Shown here one piece after another: positions 48,390 to 57,665 of a stretch of 64,000 bases of DNA. The position numbers were made by a program, and so were the translations under genes. Positions within the stretch are counted from its first letter, which is position 1. Every line of letters begins with the position of its first letter. Source of the stretch: Candidatus Omnitrophota bacterium (lineage in GTDB: Bacteria; Omnitrophota; Gorgyraeia; Duberdicusellales; 4484-171); contig JBDRAN010000028.1 of assembly GCA_043823745.1 (NCBI GenBank), forward strand, positions 3,116 to 67,115, in the 5' to 3' direction. Under the pieces are notes generated by a model, which made no database searches, had not been told where the DNA came from, and saw nothing but the letters and a program-made list of their open reading frames with translations.

Positions 48390-48782
48390 ATGCGAAGCTT
48401 TCTGCGCGACCATAGTTCGCTCTTTGAGATTGTCGTTGCCATAACGATTATTATATTGTTAATCGGAACTTTTCTTTCATATAGTAATCGGGTCACGCGG
48501 GTGGCGAAAGAAGTCAGACTTGTGTATGAGCTGAAAGACTTTCGTCTCTGCGTAACATTATTTAAGGCGTTACGCGGTAACAATCCCGGAGATTTAAAAA
48601 TACTCATGGAGACGTCGCGCAATGCGGTGGATGCGCGCAAAGGGAATTTTCGTGAAAATTTCTTATTAACGCTCGCGCGGGATTCTGACGGCTATCCGCT
48701 TGATCCTTTCGGTAAACGGTATGGCTACAATGCGCGTACTGGGATAGTTTCCTGCCAGTCGTCGGGGTATGAAGCCTGGTGA
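48390..48782 (+). CDS. Pseudopilin-like protein with a GspG-type C-terminal motif and a non-canonical prepilin leader.
   Basis: It has a hydrophobic N-terminal helix SLFEIVVAITIIILLIG and LDPFGKRYGY, which resembles the GspG DPWGxxYxY motif. There is no Gly at -1. Confidence 0.45.
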   Translation: MRSFLRDHSSLFEIVVAITIIILLIGTFLSYSNRVTRVAKEVRLVYELKDFRLCVTLFKALRGNNPGDLKILMETSRNAVDARKGNFRENFLLTLARDSDGYPLDPFGKRYGYNARTGIVSCQSSGYEAW

Positions 48783-48791
48783 AAATGCGTT

Positions 48792-48808
48792 TGGGGTTAG
48801 GGTTTGCG
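48792..48808 (+). promoter_or_regulatory. Possible sigma-54 (-24/-12) promoter, TGGGGTTAGGGTTTGCG, upstream of pilA.
   Basis: It has GG-N10-GC spacing with a TTGC -12 element, about 35 nt upstream of the pilA start. No NtrC-type activator is present in the window. Confidence 0.25.
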
Positions 48809-48840
48809 TAAGGAGGGAGTATATAAAAAAAGGAGGGTGT

Positions 48841-49203
48841 ATGAGGAAGAAAGGGTTTACGCTCATTGAGCTTATCATGATCATTGTGATACTCGGCATT
48901 CTTGCTGCGGTGGCTATTCCTAAGTATTATGATTTATCAAGCGATGCAAAGAATGCCACCGAAAAAGGCGTCGTCGGCGGCGTGCGCGCCGGTATCTCCA
49001 CTTTTTTTGCCAACAATAAGACGTTTCCTTCGACGCTTGATAACGCTTCAAGCGCAGCCTGCACCAAGGCAAATCCTTGCTTTACCAATGTGCTTGGTCA
49101 GGGGGGGGTTACTGATGATTGGAGCAAAACTTCAGGGACCACCTATACCGGGCCGGCGAGTAACACCTATACCTACAACAGCACCGGCGGTGAGTTTAGT
49201 TGA
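48841..49203 (+). CDS. pilA: Type IV major pilin (prepilin with an N-terminal cleavage/methylation domain).
   Basis: It starts MRKKG|FTLIELIMIIVILGILAAVAIP, so it has Glu5. A C-terminal Cys pair, CTKANPC, is present. The RBS is AAGGAGGG. Confidence 0.75.
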   Translation: MRKKGFTLIELIMIIVILGILAAVAIPKYYDLSSDAKNATEKGVVGGVRAGISTFFANNKTFPSTLDNASSAACTKANPCFTNVLGQGGVTDDWSKTSGTTYTGPASNTYTYNSTGGEFS

Positions 49204-49353
49204 TAGTAGGTACCGGTTTTCCCGCGACATGAATGCTTCCTGATGCGCAAGGCGCCGCGAACGCGGATGACTCTTGTGCGCGTGCGCGTCTTTTGCCGGC
49301 AGCATACTCGTTACTGTAATCAAAACGCGTAGCTTGCCGGAATAAGGAGGAGC

Positions 49354-50148
49354 GCTCTGAAGAGAAAAGGTATCACCTTTATTGCTTCGTTGATGCTCAT
49401 TGTGTTTGTTTCGATCGCTGTTCTGGGGGTAACGGTTTTTATCGTTCAGCGCCTCCAGGGGGTAGCGTCTGAACGCAACCGCATTGCCAGTCTCTATTGC
49501 GCTCAGGCAGGCATGCATAACGTTATTTATGCGTTTCGCTATAACGATACAATTTCAAACGGTAACTTCAGCACAGGTCAGACTGCCATCGATGCCAACA
49601 ATTCTTTTGTCATCGGCCCCAACAGCACCGAGGGCCGTGACGCCTACCTGCTTGTGGTAGATAGCAACGCCACCTATCAGCCCGCTAACGAAAGAAGTCT
49701 TCTTGATCTTAGGGTCCAGGATGCGGCTCGTTCGCGTAATATTAGGCTTGCCTTTATGAATCTTAGCTGGTCAGGCTCTCCGAATAACAGAAGGTTACGA
49801 ACCATCACAATCGGCGATACTGAGGTTTGGAGCGGTAACGTGGGGTCTCCCGTCGACGCCGATATCTCTGATTTTACGCTTGATAAAGACTCAACGATCT
49901 ACCCGGTTAACGTAACATTTAATAGCCAGGTGACGCTTACTGCTTTTAACGCGACGTTTGGTATGAATGATACTTCGCGCACGGATGCTTATAAGGTTTA
50001 TCCCGCATCGAACAATAATACGTTTTTTACTTTTGAGTCAACGGGCCGAAGCGGTAACGCGTGGCGCACGATCATCGCCCGGTACAATGCGGCAACCGGT
50101 AATGTCAGTGTTATGCGCGAGAATCAGACGGTGCAGGTTTTTCCGTAA
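49354..50148 (+). CDS. PilX-like minor pilin with an atypical leader.
   Basis: It has the hydrophobic N-terminal helix ITFIASLMLIVFVSIAVLGVTVF, as in PilX_N. The in-frame start is uncertain: either CTG at 49354 after the RBS AAGGAGGA, or ATG at 49390. The remainder is Asn/Thr/Ser-rich. Confidence 0.5.
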   Translation, partial: ALKRKGITFIASLMLIVFVSIAVLGVTVFIVQRLQGVASERNRIASLYCAQAGMHNVIYAFRYNDTISNGNFSTGQTAIDANNSFVIGPNSTEGRDAYLLVVDSNATYQPANERSLLDLRVQDAARSRNIRLAFMNLSWSGSPNNRRLRTITIGDTEVWSGNVGSPVDADISDFTLDKDSTIYPVNVTFNSQVTLTAFNATFGMNDTSRTDAYKVYPASNNNTFFTFESTGRSGNAWRTIIARYNAATGNVSVMRENQTVQVFP

Positions 50149-50318
50149 TGGCTCGACAGAAGCGGTGTGACATGTATGGTATGAATTTTCAGGGCGCAAC
50201 CAGGCGCGCGTTTACCCCGTTAGAGAAAGCCACCGACAAAGTCGGTGGTGACTACCCAACAGGGTGTCCTGTTGGACTATCTAGAGCTTGCCCCGTTAGA
50301 AACTTTATTTCTAACGGG

Positions 50319-50720
50319 GTGAAAGAACGAGGTTCTCTAACGGGGTTTACCTTAATTGAGCTGATCATGACGATCGTGGTGGTGGCGATTATTGCGTTGC
50401 CGCTTTCGGTCATGCTTAGTCAGCAGGTGCAGAGTACATTTCGGTCGTCCGATTATTCGAGCGCGCTTAACTTGGCGCGCCTTGAAATGGAAAAAGTTAA
50501 TAATCTGGCGTACGACAGTATCGCCAGCGGAACGTTCGCAAGTTATGAAGGGTATCCTTTTGACGTAACGCGCACCGTAAATTTCGCTCCAGGGAGCGGT
50601 GTAATACTGTCGGAGAGCTTAAAACAGATAAAGGTCGAGGTACGCAAGGCCGGTGATGTCACCGTCTTGGCCGAATTAGTTACGTATATTGCTAGAAATG
50701 TGAATTACGGATCCCCATGA
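50319..50720 (+). CDS. Minor pilin (prepilin N-terminal domain).
   Basis: It starts at GTG 50319, giving KERGSLTG|FTLIELIMTIVVVAIIALP. The longer ORF-track extension upstream contains two strong hairpins and is unlikely to be coding. Confidence 0.65.
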   Translation: MKERGSLTGFTLIELIMTIVVVAIIALPLSVMLSQQVQSTFRSSDYSSALNLARLEMEKVNNLAYDSIASGTFASYEGYPFDVTRTVNFAPGSGVILSESLKQIKVEVRKAGDVTVLAELVTYIARNVNYGSP

Positions 50721-51256
50721 AAAAAGCATTTACTTTTATTGAATTAGTGATGGTTATCCTTATTATCGGGATCATTGCCGCCGCCGGAGCGTGGCTCCTG
50801 ATGTATGTCGTTCAAAACGCGGTGTTTATCCCCAACCGGCTTACCACCGATATGCTTGCGCAAAATGCGTTAAATGTGATCATCGAAGGAGACACCGTTG
50901 CCCGGGGCCTTCGTTTTAGCGCGAACATTACGACAAGCCAGCCCAATACATTGATCTTTACCAACCAAGACAATCAGCTGGTTAACTATACCGTGACTGG
51001 CAATAAGCTCTACCGGCAGATCAACGCGAGCGCGCCGGCGCTGTCTCCGGCGTATCAGGTGGGCGCGATCGGTGTCAGTGGCCGCAACGGTACGTTGTTT
51101 ACCTATTACGATGCTAATGATGTTGCGACAGCGACTGCTGCGAGTGTGCGGCGCGTAAGGATCGATGTTACGGTTTTGACCGGAACCGGCTCCTACGCCG
51201 ATTGGCAAAGCAGCTCGAATCAGAGTTCGTCGGTTTCAGTCAAGCGGCTTTCGTAG
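50717..51256 (+). CDS. Minor pilin (PilW/FimT-like, prepilin N-terminal domain).
   Basis: It starts MKKA|FTFIELVMVILIIGIIAAA. Confidence 0.65.
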   Translation: MKKAFTFIELVMVILIIGIIAAAGAWLLMYVVQNAVFIPNRLTTDMLAQNALNVIIEGDTVARGLRFSANITTSQPNTLIFTNQDNQLVNYTVTGNKLYRQINASAPALSPAYQVGAIGVSGRNGTLFTYYDANDVATATAASVRRVRIDVTVLTGTGSYADWQSSSNQSSSVSVKRLS

Positions 51257-51327
51257 CGAAAACCTTGTAGGGGGAGATGCTCATATATCGAGTGCGCAGT
51301 ATCTGCGCGCCAGGGGGGGGGAGGTGG

Positions 51328-51567
51328 ATGATGCTATTTTTGATTTTTTCTGGTATAATTGCGTTGGTATTCGGGATATTATTTTTATGCGCTCCGCGCA
51401 CGCTGCGCGCGTTAAGCGAAAAGACGAACAGGGCGATCCTTCTTTTGGATGAGAAATTTTTCCGTTTGCGGATCGGTATCGGCGTATCTTTAGTACTATC
51501 CTCGGTGCTTGTGTTATTTGTAGCGTATTATCTGTTTAAGAAATACGGAGTAACGATTGCAGTCTGA
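51328..51567 (+). CDS. Hypothetical small 2-TM membrane protein.
   Basis: It is an internal start (MMLFLIFSG) of the ORF at 51277, and the region is hydrophobic. Confidence 0.3.
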   Translation: MMLFLIFSGIIALVFGILFLCAPRTLRALSEKTNRAILLLDEKFFRLRIGIGVSLVLSSVLVLFVAYYLFKKYGVTIAV

Positions 51568-51592
51568 GAACCCGCAGGGAGTAATTTCCTTA

Positions 51593-53182
51593 ATGCGCGC
51601 GAAAAAAAATTTTTTAGCGTTGGAATTCGGGGAAAGCACCGCTAAGCTTGTCTGGTGCGAAAAGCAGAGAAATACGCTTATCGTACGGGCCTACGCTCTT
51701 AAAACACTGCCCTCACTGCCTGCCGAGCGGGAATCATTCCTTGCAGGCTTTGTTAAGGATTTTGTAAATCTGCACGCTCACCCGACGCATGAAGTCTATC
51801 TGGTTATTCCTGAAACGAACAATTTATTTCTCCGCAGCCTGTCCTTGCCGGTCATGCCGTCTGCGGAGATCGCGCAGGCGGCCGGTTGGCAGCTTAAGGA
51901 TGAGATCCCGTTTGCGTTACGCGATGCGGTATGTAGCTGGTATCTGATCCGTGCCTACGGTGATGCTGATGGCGCAAAAAAGAACGAAATTTTGTTCGCG
52001 GCGGCAGAGCGAAGCAGCATCGACCGTTACTGCGCCCTCGCGAGCCGTTGCGGGCTCTCGGTCGCAGGTATTACGTGCGCAAGCGTAAGCTACGCCAGTC
52101 TTTTGGGCGTCTCGGCGGCGCCGTCGTCCTGTGCCGTGATCGACATCGGGTATACCGCAACGACGTTGAGCATCTATGCGCACGATAAATTGCGCTTTAC
52201 GCGTAAACTTGTTTTTTCTTCCTCAGGCCTCACCAGCGTGCTGATGGGGACTCTTGGTTCAGACAAAGGACCCGTTACTCTTTCTCTTGTCCAGACCGAG
52301 GAGGTGAAGAATACCATTGGTATTCCGCGCGACGGATCGGCCATGATCAACGATTCGATTTCCGCCACGCACGTAATCGCCCTTATGCGGCCTTCTCTTG
52401 AGGCCCTGGTGCGCGAGCTGAAGCTTTCATTTGATTATTTTATCTCGACGCTTGAAGGCGAAAAGCCCCAGGTGTTGTACCTGGCGGGTGGCGGTGTGAA
52501 CCTTAAAAATCTTGATACCTATCTTACCGAGGAGCTTGCCGTGCCGACGGATTTTTTTCCATTGCCTGCGTGTGTTGATACCCGCGGCGTAGACGCCGAT
52601 GATTTTAGGGCGCGGCGTAACCAGCTGTGTGCGCTCCTGGGTGCGGGATTACAGGGTAAACATACGATTGACTTTTTACCTGGCGATGTAAAGTCAAGGA
52701 GAGCCGAATCGGTGCAGAAAATCTCCTTGCGCCTTATTTCATTTGTTCTCGCGGCAGTTTTTGTTGTTTTGTTCTCTTTCGTAAGACTTGAGATCGGGAA
52801 TTACCGTAACAGGCTTGGTGCGTTACGGCTTCATCTGCAGGCTACGACTTCAGTCGCAGACCTGTATCAGAAAATAGTAGCCCGCGAGCGTCTTATCGAA
52901 ACAATAGAACAAGGAAGGACTCCCTTTGAGGGAATTCTGAAGCTGGTTACCGTGCTGCAGCCGCGGGAAATAACATTGGGTGAAATGTCAATGAACCAGA
53001 ACAGCCATACGCTCTTTTTACGCGGCATCGTTGCCGCCGGAGAAGGGGAAGCGGAACGCATCGTAACCGAGTTCATACAGAAGCTTGAATCAACTCATTT
53101 TGTTGTTGAAGCGCGGCTGGTATCGATAGAAAAAGGCGACGGGAACCAACAGTTTCAGATACAAGGCGACCTCGCCCATTAG
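51593..53182 (+). CDS. pilM: PilM (actin-like ATPase) fused to PilN.
   Basis: It starts FLALEFGESTAKLVW, like PilM, and has an actin-fold region of about 370 aa. That is followed by a TM helix, ISLRLISFVLAAVFVVLF, and a PilN-like periplasmic domain. Confidence 0.7.
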   Translation: MRAKKNFLALEFGESTAKLVWCEKQRNTLIVRAYALKTLPSLPAERESFLAGFVKDFVNLHAHPTHEVYLVIPETNNLFLRSLSLPVMPSAEIAQAAGWQLKDEIPFALRDAVCSWYLIRAYGDADGAKKNEILFAAAERSSIDRYCALASRCGLSVAGITCASVSYASLLGVSAAPSSCAVIDIGYTATTLSIYAHDKLRFTRKLVFSSSGLTSVLMGTLGSDKGPVTLSLVQTEEVKNTIGIPRDGSAMINDSISATHVIALMRPSLEALVRELKLSFDYFISTLEGEKPQVLYLAGGGVNLKNLDTYLTEELAVPTDFFPLPACVDTRGVDADDFRARRNQLCALLGAGLQGKHTIDFLPGDVKSRRAESVQKISLRLISFVLAAVFVVLFSFVRLEIGNYRNRLGALRLHLQATTSVADLYQKIVARERLIETIEQGRTPFEGILKLVTVLQPREITLGEMSMNQNSHTLFLRGIVAAGEGEAERIVTEFIQKLESTHFVVEARLVSIEKGDGNQQFQIQGDLAH

Positions 53183-53195
53183 GAAGGCTATAGCT

Positions 53196-53756
53196 ATGTC
53201 ATCGGCGCAAAAAAACATACTGATTGCATTCGCGGGAATCATAGGGGTATTTACGTGCTTTTGGTTTTTTGTGTATGCGCCAAGCCGTATGCAGCTTGCA
53301 GGAATTCAGGAAGAAATTACGGTCATCGAACATAAGCTGGCGCAGGTCGCGGCAATTACCCGGGAGGCAAAAAATCTCAATGAAGGCATGCAGATGCTTG
53401 AGAAACAGTACCAGGCATTAGGGGGGATGTTTCCTACCAAGGAAGAAGAAGCGTTGCGCGTAGTATCCTCGCTGGCAAAAGAGGCAAACATTGCCGTTTT
53501 GTCGTTGCGGCCGCAATCGCGGGAAGCTTTTATCGGCATGAATGGGGAAGCATGCGGGCTTGAGGGAAAAACGTGTCAGAAAATGTCTGTTTCATTAGCA
53601 ATGACCTGCACGTATCAGGAGTTGCTGAATTTTGTAAGTGCTCTCGGAGCCCAAATCTCGGCATACACGACCATCGAAGGCTTGCGTATCACCAGGCCCC
53701 CTGAAGGTAAACGGCTTGATATCGCAATGGAGCTTAATGTGTATTTGTTGGCATAG
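53196..53756 (+). CDS. pilO: PilO-like pilus assembly protein.
   Basis: It has an N-terminal TM helix, a coiled coil and a C-terminal periplasmic domain. Its position after pilMN supports the call. Confidence 0.55.
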   Translation: MSSAQKNILIAFAGIIGVFTCFWFFVYAPSRMQLAGIQEEITVIEHKLAQVAAITREAKNLNEGMQMLEKQYQALGGMFPTKEEEALRVVSSLAKEANIAVLSLRPQSREAFIGMNGEACGLEGKTCQKMSVSLAMTCTYQELLNFVSALGAQISAYTTIEGLRITRPPEGKRLDIAMELNVYLLA

Positions 53757-53759
53757 ATT

Positions 53760-54203
53760 ATGATACAGAGTGAAAAGGTAAAACTTGGCGTAACCATTAT
53801 TCTGGTAGGCGTTTTTTTATATATGGCTGCGGGCGCGCTTAAGCGGATTCGCCTTGAATCAGCACGCCCTACGCCTTCCGCAGGAAACGTTTCGGTTAAG
53901 CCTCTCGCGGATGCCGCGGCCCGGTCCGCGCCTGCGCTGGCGTTATATAAGCGATTAGAGCAACAAACAGCGGGGATGGCGCTGGGGAGTGACCCGTTTA
54001 CGCATATGCCTCTGGGGGCCTATACGGTTAAGACGGTTAAGCTTACGGGAATCTTGTGGGATGCGCACGCCCCCAGAGCCATTGTTGCCGGAAAGTTTCT
54101 TAAAACCGGCGATCGTGTCGGCGCTATCACAATCGTTTCGATACAGCAAGACAAAGTTATCGTTAGCGACGGAAACCGTGAAATGGAATTGCGTCTTGAA
54201 TAG
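53760..54203 (+). CDS. PilP-like protein.
   Basis: It has an N-terminal TM helix or signal, and DPF...VKLTGIL...VIVSDGNREMELRL, which looks like a beta-sandwich. Confidence 0.5.
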   Translation: MIQSEKVKLGVTIILVGVFLYMAAGALKRIRLESARPTPSAGNVSVKPLADAAARSAPALALYKRLEQQTAGMALGSDPFTHMPLGAYTVKTVKLTGILWDAHAPRAIVAGKFLKTGDRVGAITIVSIQQDKVIVSDGNREMELRLE

Positions 54204-54285
54204 TTGTATAGTCCGTAGCAGGCGCCGTGCCATGTTCCTTCCTTAAGTATATCAATCGAACAAATTTTTTTGTGTAGGGAGGCCG

Positions 54286-54639
54286 ATGAGAAAAATTCTA
54301 GCGTTATCAGGAATTATTTTTATTGTTATGGGAGCCTTCCTGAGCCCGGCGGCTACGCACTTTTCAGTTTCGGGCCTTGAGATTCCTATGATCGAGGCTG
54401 TTTCTCCGGTTACCCGTGCCCATCACGTGGGCTCCAGTGAGGTGGCAACGTATCAAACGCAGGCTTCATTCGCCGAGGCGGTGCGTTTTTATAGTTCTTT
54501 TTTTTCGCAAAATAATTTTATGGTGCTGGGGAACGAGGAAGCCGGTGAATATAACGTTGCCGTAAAAAAAGAAGATGTTATGTTTACGATGCGTATCTAT
54601 CGAAACCAAGGAAAAATCTACGTGCAATGTATATGGTAA
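54286..54639 (+). CDS. Hypothetical secreted protein.
   Basis: It has a signal peptide, and the RBS is GGGAGG. Confidence 0.4.
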   Translation: MRKILALSGIIFIVMGAFLSPAATHFSVSGLEIPMIEAVSPVTRAHHVGSSEVATYQTQASFAEAVRFYSSFFSQNNFMVLGNEEAGEYNVAVKKEDVMFTMRIYRNQGKIYVQCIW

Positions 54640-55400
54640 AAAAAATTCGTTTTTTCCCGTACCTGTGCGCGCTAAGCCTGTGTCTTGGCGGTTGCGCAAC
54701 GCTTCACAATCCGGCGACAGGAAGGAATGAATTTATTCTTATTAATAGTGCCACCGAATCGGCATTGGGCAAAACGGCGGATGCCCAGATGCGTAAAGAA
54801 CATCCGGCCAGTAGCGATCGCATCGTACACGCGCGCCTTGAAAACATTGGAAAGCGCGTCGCCGCGGTCTCTGACCGCATGGACATCTCTTATAGTTTTA
54901 CGGTGCTTGCTGATCGCGAACTTAATGCGGTGACCCTCCCCGGCGGCCGCATTTATGTGAACCAAGGATTGATGAACGCGCTCGGTGACGATGAGCTTGC
55001 GTATGTCGTAGCGCACGAAACAGGCCATGTTGCGGCCCGGCACATTGCCAAAAAAATTCAGGCAAATATGGGGTATCAATTGTTGCTCAGTCTTGCGTTT
55101 GCGGCGTACGGTGAGAAGGTAGGCGATAACGCGCAGGATATCGCGCGGGGTGCGACAACCGTGTATACTATCGTCGGACTTGCGTACAGTCGAAGTGACG
55201 AATACGAGGCGGATCGGCTGGCGGTAAAATACGCTCGAGCCGCTGGTTTTGATCATTACGCGTCAATGGGGGCATTAGCTAAGCTTAAAAAATACGAAGG
55301 CCCCAATTCTAAGATCGCGGGGTATTTTCGTACTCATCCCTATGTGGATGATCGTATTGCGGCGCTGAAGAAAGAGTTAAGTGGCGTTCAGCAAAAATAG
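54627..55400 (+). CDS. M48-family zinc metallopeptidase lipoprotein.
   Basis: It has the lipobox LCLGGCA, the HEXXH motif VAHETGHV, and a downstream EADRLAV. Confidence 0.7.
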   Translation: MYMVKKIRFFPYLCALSLCLGGCATLHNPATGRNEFILINSATESALGKTADAQMRKEHPASSDRIVHARLENIGKRVAAVSDRMDISYSFTVLADRELNAVTLPGGRIYVNQGLMNALGDDELAYVVAHETGHVAARHIAKKIQANMGYQLLLSLAFAAYGEKVGDNAQDIARGATTVYTIVGLAYSRSDEYEADRLAVKYARAAGFDHYASMGALAKLKKYEGPNSKIAGYFRTHPYVDDRIAALKKELSGVQQK

Positions 55401-55488
55401 TCCACCGTCCATAGTCCACGGTTTAGAGGAGTTTATAATTGATAGCTTTTTGCGCAATACCCGATACGCATAACGCAATACGTCTTTT

Positions 55489-55689
55489 ATGTTTGGCATA
55501 GGCACTGAAGAATTAGCTTTCATTTTTTTTATCGCCTTTATTGTTTTTGGGCCAAAGCGGTTGCCTGAAATAAGCAGGTATCTGGCGCGGCTGGCCCGTC
55601 AGTATAAGCAGACAGTCAGTGCCGCGGGCTTGAGCGGTGAGGATGAGAACGTCTCGGGGAATGGGTATTCTGAGGCAAAACTTCCGTGA
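55489..55689 (+). CDS. tatA: Twin-arginine translocase subunit TatA/E.
   Basis: It has the TatA signature LAFIFFIAFIVFGPKRLPEISRYLAR. Confidence 0.7.
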   Translation: MFGIGTEELAFIFFIAFIVFGPKRLPEISRYLARLARQYKQTVSAAGLSGEDENVSGNGYSEAKLP

Positions 55690-55835
55690 GATGTGGGATA
55701 AAGGGAAGATCACAGATGATAGATCTCAGATTGCAGATAGGGGAATGAGAGACGAGGGATGACCGCTCACTTCGTTCGCTGGGACGATGGACGATAGATT
55801 CGTGTGAACTCGTGTTTCCCGATTTGTGTTAATTC

Positions 55836-56573
55836 GTGATTATGTACGAAAAAAGCCTGCCTCTTATTGTTCATTTGGCCGAATTACGCAAACGGATCAT
55901 CATTGCCTGTATCTCGGTGGTCATTGCCTCTTTTCTCGCTATGCCTTTTTCTTCCGCGTTGCTCGGTGTGCTTACCGCACCGGCTCAAAGCCTTCTGGGT
56001 AAGCTCGCTGTCTTCAGCCCCCAAGAGGCTTTGGCGGTCTATGTGCGTATTGGTATCGTAAGCGGTATTGTTGCGAGCGTCCCGGTAATTCTGTACCAGG
56101 CCTGGTTGTTTATCGTGCCGGCTCTTGGCTTGCGCACCAGGCGTTATGCGTTTTGGTTTATTGCCACAGCCGCGCTTGCGTTTTTTGCGGGTTGTATGTT
56201 CGCATATTTTATTTTAATCCCGCCGGCGCTGCGGTTTTTGCTGAGCATAGGTACGAATGATTTTATGCCGCTTATTTCGGCTTCAAAATATATCTCATTT
56301 ATCACTACGCTTATCCTTGCCTGTGGCGCGATGTTTCTGATGCCGATTATCATCTTTTTTTTGGCAAAGATCAGGATCGTCACCGCGCGGGCCTTGTGCA
56401 GGTATTTTTCCATTGCGGTAGTTGGAATGCTTATTATTGCCGCTGTTATTACGCCAACCACCGATATTTTTAATATGATGGCTCTGGCAGTGCCGATGAT
56501 AGCGTTGTATAGCGTAAGCATTGGGCTTGCCTGGTTCGCCGGCCGGGGCGAGGCGCGTAAGGAGGGTGCATGA
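55836..56573 (+). CDS. tatC: Twin-arginine translocase subunit TatC.
   Basis: It has PLIVHLAELRKRII and six TM helices. The start is GTG 55836 or ATG 55842. Confidence 0.8.
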   Translation: MIMYEKSLPLIVHLAELRKRIIIACISVVIASFLAMPFSSALLGVLTAPAQSLLGKLAVFSPQEALAVYVRIGIVSGIVASVPVILYQAWLFIVPALGLRTRRYAFWFIATAALAFFAGCMFAYFILIPPALRFLLSIGTNDFMPLISASKYISFITTLILACGAMFLMPIIIFFLAKIRIVTARALCRYFSIAVVGMLIIAAVITPTTDIFNMMALAVPMIALYSVSIGLAWFAGRGEARKEGA

Positions 56574-56694
56574 AAAAAATAATGTGTGGCTATGGCGGGT
56601 TTTTTCAAGAATTTTCTCGCGTCGTCCAGTTCTTCATGATTTTAGGCGTACGTTGTGCCGTCATGATGCTGGTTTAAGCGAGAATACATACTTC

Positions 56695-57402
56695 ATGAGG
56701 ATAACACAAAAGATTAAACAGGAATTACGAAGTTACGCGCGGCCAGAAAAAGCGCGGATTCTGGCGCGGTTTTTTAAAACCGGCCCCGGTGAATATGCCG
56801 AAGGTGACGTTTTTATCGGGGTGATGGTGCCCCAGATTCGTATGGTCGTCAACGAGTATTGCGACGTACCTCTTGAGAGCGTAAAAAGGCTGCTTACGTC
56901 AAAAATTCATGAGGAGCGTTTGTGTGCCCTTCTTATTCTGGTTAAACAATATAAGAACGCCGGCGAGCAGGGTAAAAAAGATGTCTATGAATTATATTGT
57001 ACGCATACCCGTTTTATTAATAATTGGGATTTGATTGATTTGACCGCGAAGCATATTGTGGGTGCGTTTCTTTTTGATAAGGATAAAAAACCTCTCTATG
57101 TTTTGGCGCGCTCTAAAATGCTTTGGGAGCGCCGGATCGCTATACTCGCGACCTTTCATTGTATCGAGCGCAAAGAATTTGATGATGCGTTTGCTCTTGC
57201 TCTGCTGCTGCTTTCCGATACGCACGATCTAATCCAAAAGGCAGTCGGTTGGATGCTGCGTGAGATCGGAAAACGCGACATGCGGGCAGAGGAAGTTTTC
57301 TTAAAAAAATATTATCGTATCATGCCCCGCACCATGTTGCGCTATGCGATTGAACGTTTTCCCGAGAGAAAGCGGCAGGCGTACCTTAAGGGGAGAGCGT
57401 AG
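56695..57402 (+). CDS. DNA alkylation repair protein (AlkD/AlkC-like HEAT-repeat glycosylase family).
   Basis: It has ARILARFFKTGPGEYAEGDVFIGVMVPQIR and WDLIDL, which are typical of this family. Confidence 0.6.
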   Translation: MRITQKIKQELRSYARPEKARILARFFKTGPGEYAEGDVFIGVMVPQIRMVVNEYCDVPLESVKRLLTSKIHEERLCALLILVKQYKNAGEQGKKDVYELYCTHTRFINNWDLIDLTAKHIVGAFLFDKDKKPLYVLARSKMLWERRIAILATFHCIERKEFDDAFALALLLLSDTHDLIQKAVGWMLREIGKRDMRAEEVFLKKYYRIMPRTMLRYAIERFPERKRQAYLKGRA

Positions 57403-57419
57403 AAAAAAGCTCATAGCTC

Positions 57420-57665
57420 ATAAGCTCATGAGTGCATGGAAGCGATTTACGTCTATCGGTTGGGGTTGCGAGGCTCGTTTCGGTTACGTTAAACGTCAAT
57501 CGGCTTTATTGGTAAGATATTTTTTACGCAACCTTTTACTTACGTATGACGTAACGAGCTGCACACCAGTGCGTCCCGGTGAGGGGCTGCACACCAGTGC
57601 GTTCCGTAAGGGGCTTTGCACCCCCCTTCGGGGAGGCTACGCACGGCTTCGCACCGGTTAGCGTA
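57420..57665. repeat. Composite intergenic repeat region: GCTCATAGCTCATAAGCTCATGAG, two copies of GCTGCACACCAGTGCGT, and CCCCTTCGGGGAGGCTACGCAC.
   Basis: It is visible in the sequence. The CCCCTT(C/T)GGGG-GAGGCTTCGCAC motif recurs at about 37688, 40560 and 43003. Confidence 0.4.

Noticed and set aside
50148-50318. An N-terminal extension, MARQKRCDMYGMNF..., of the ORF-track CDS 50148..50720.
   Set aside because: The extension contains two strong inverted repeats. The canonical prepilin leader, KERGSLTG|FTLIE, begins at GTG 50319, so the upstream part is probably an untranslated structured spacer.
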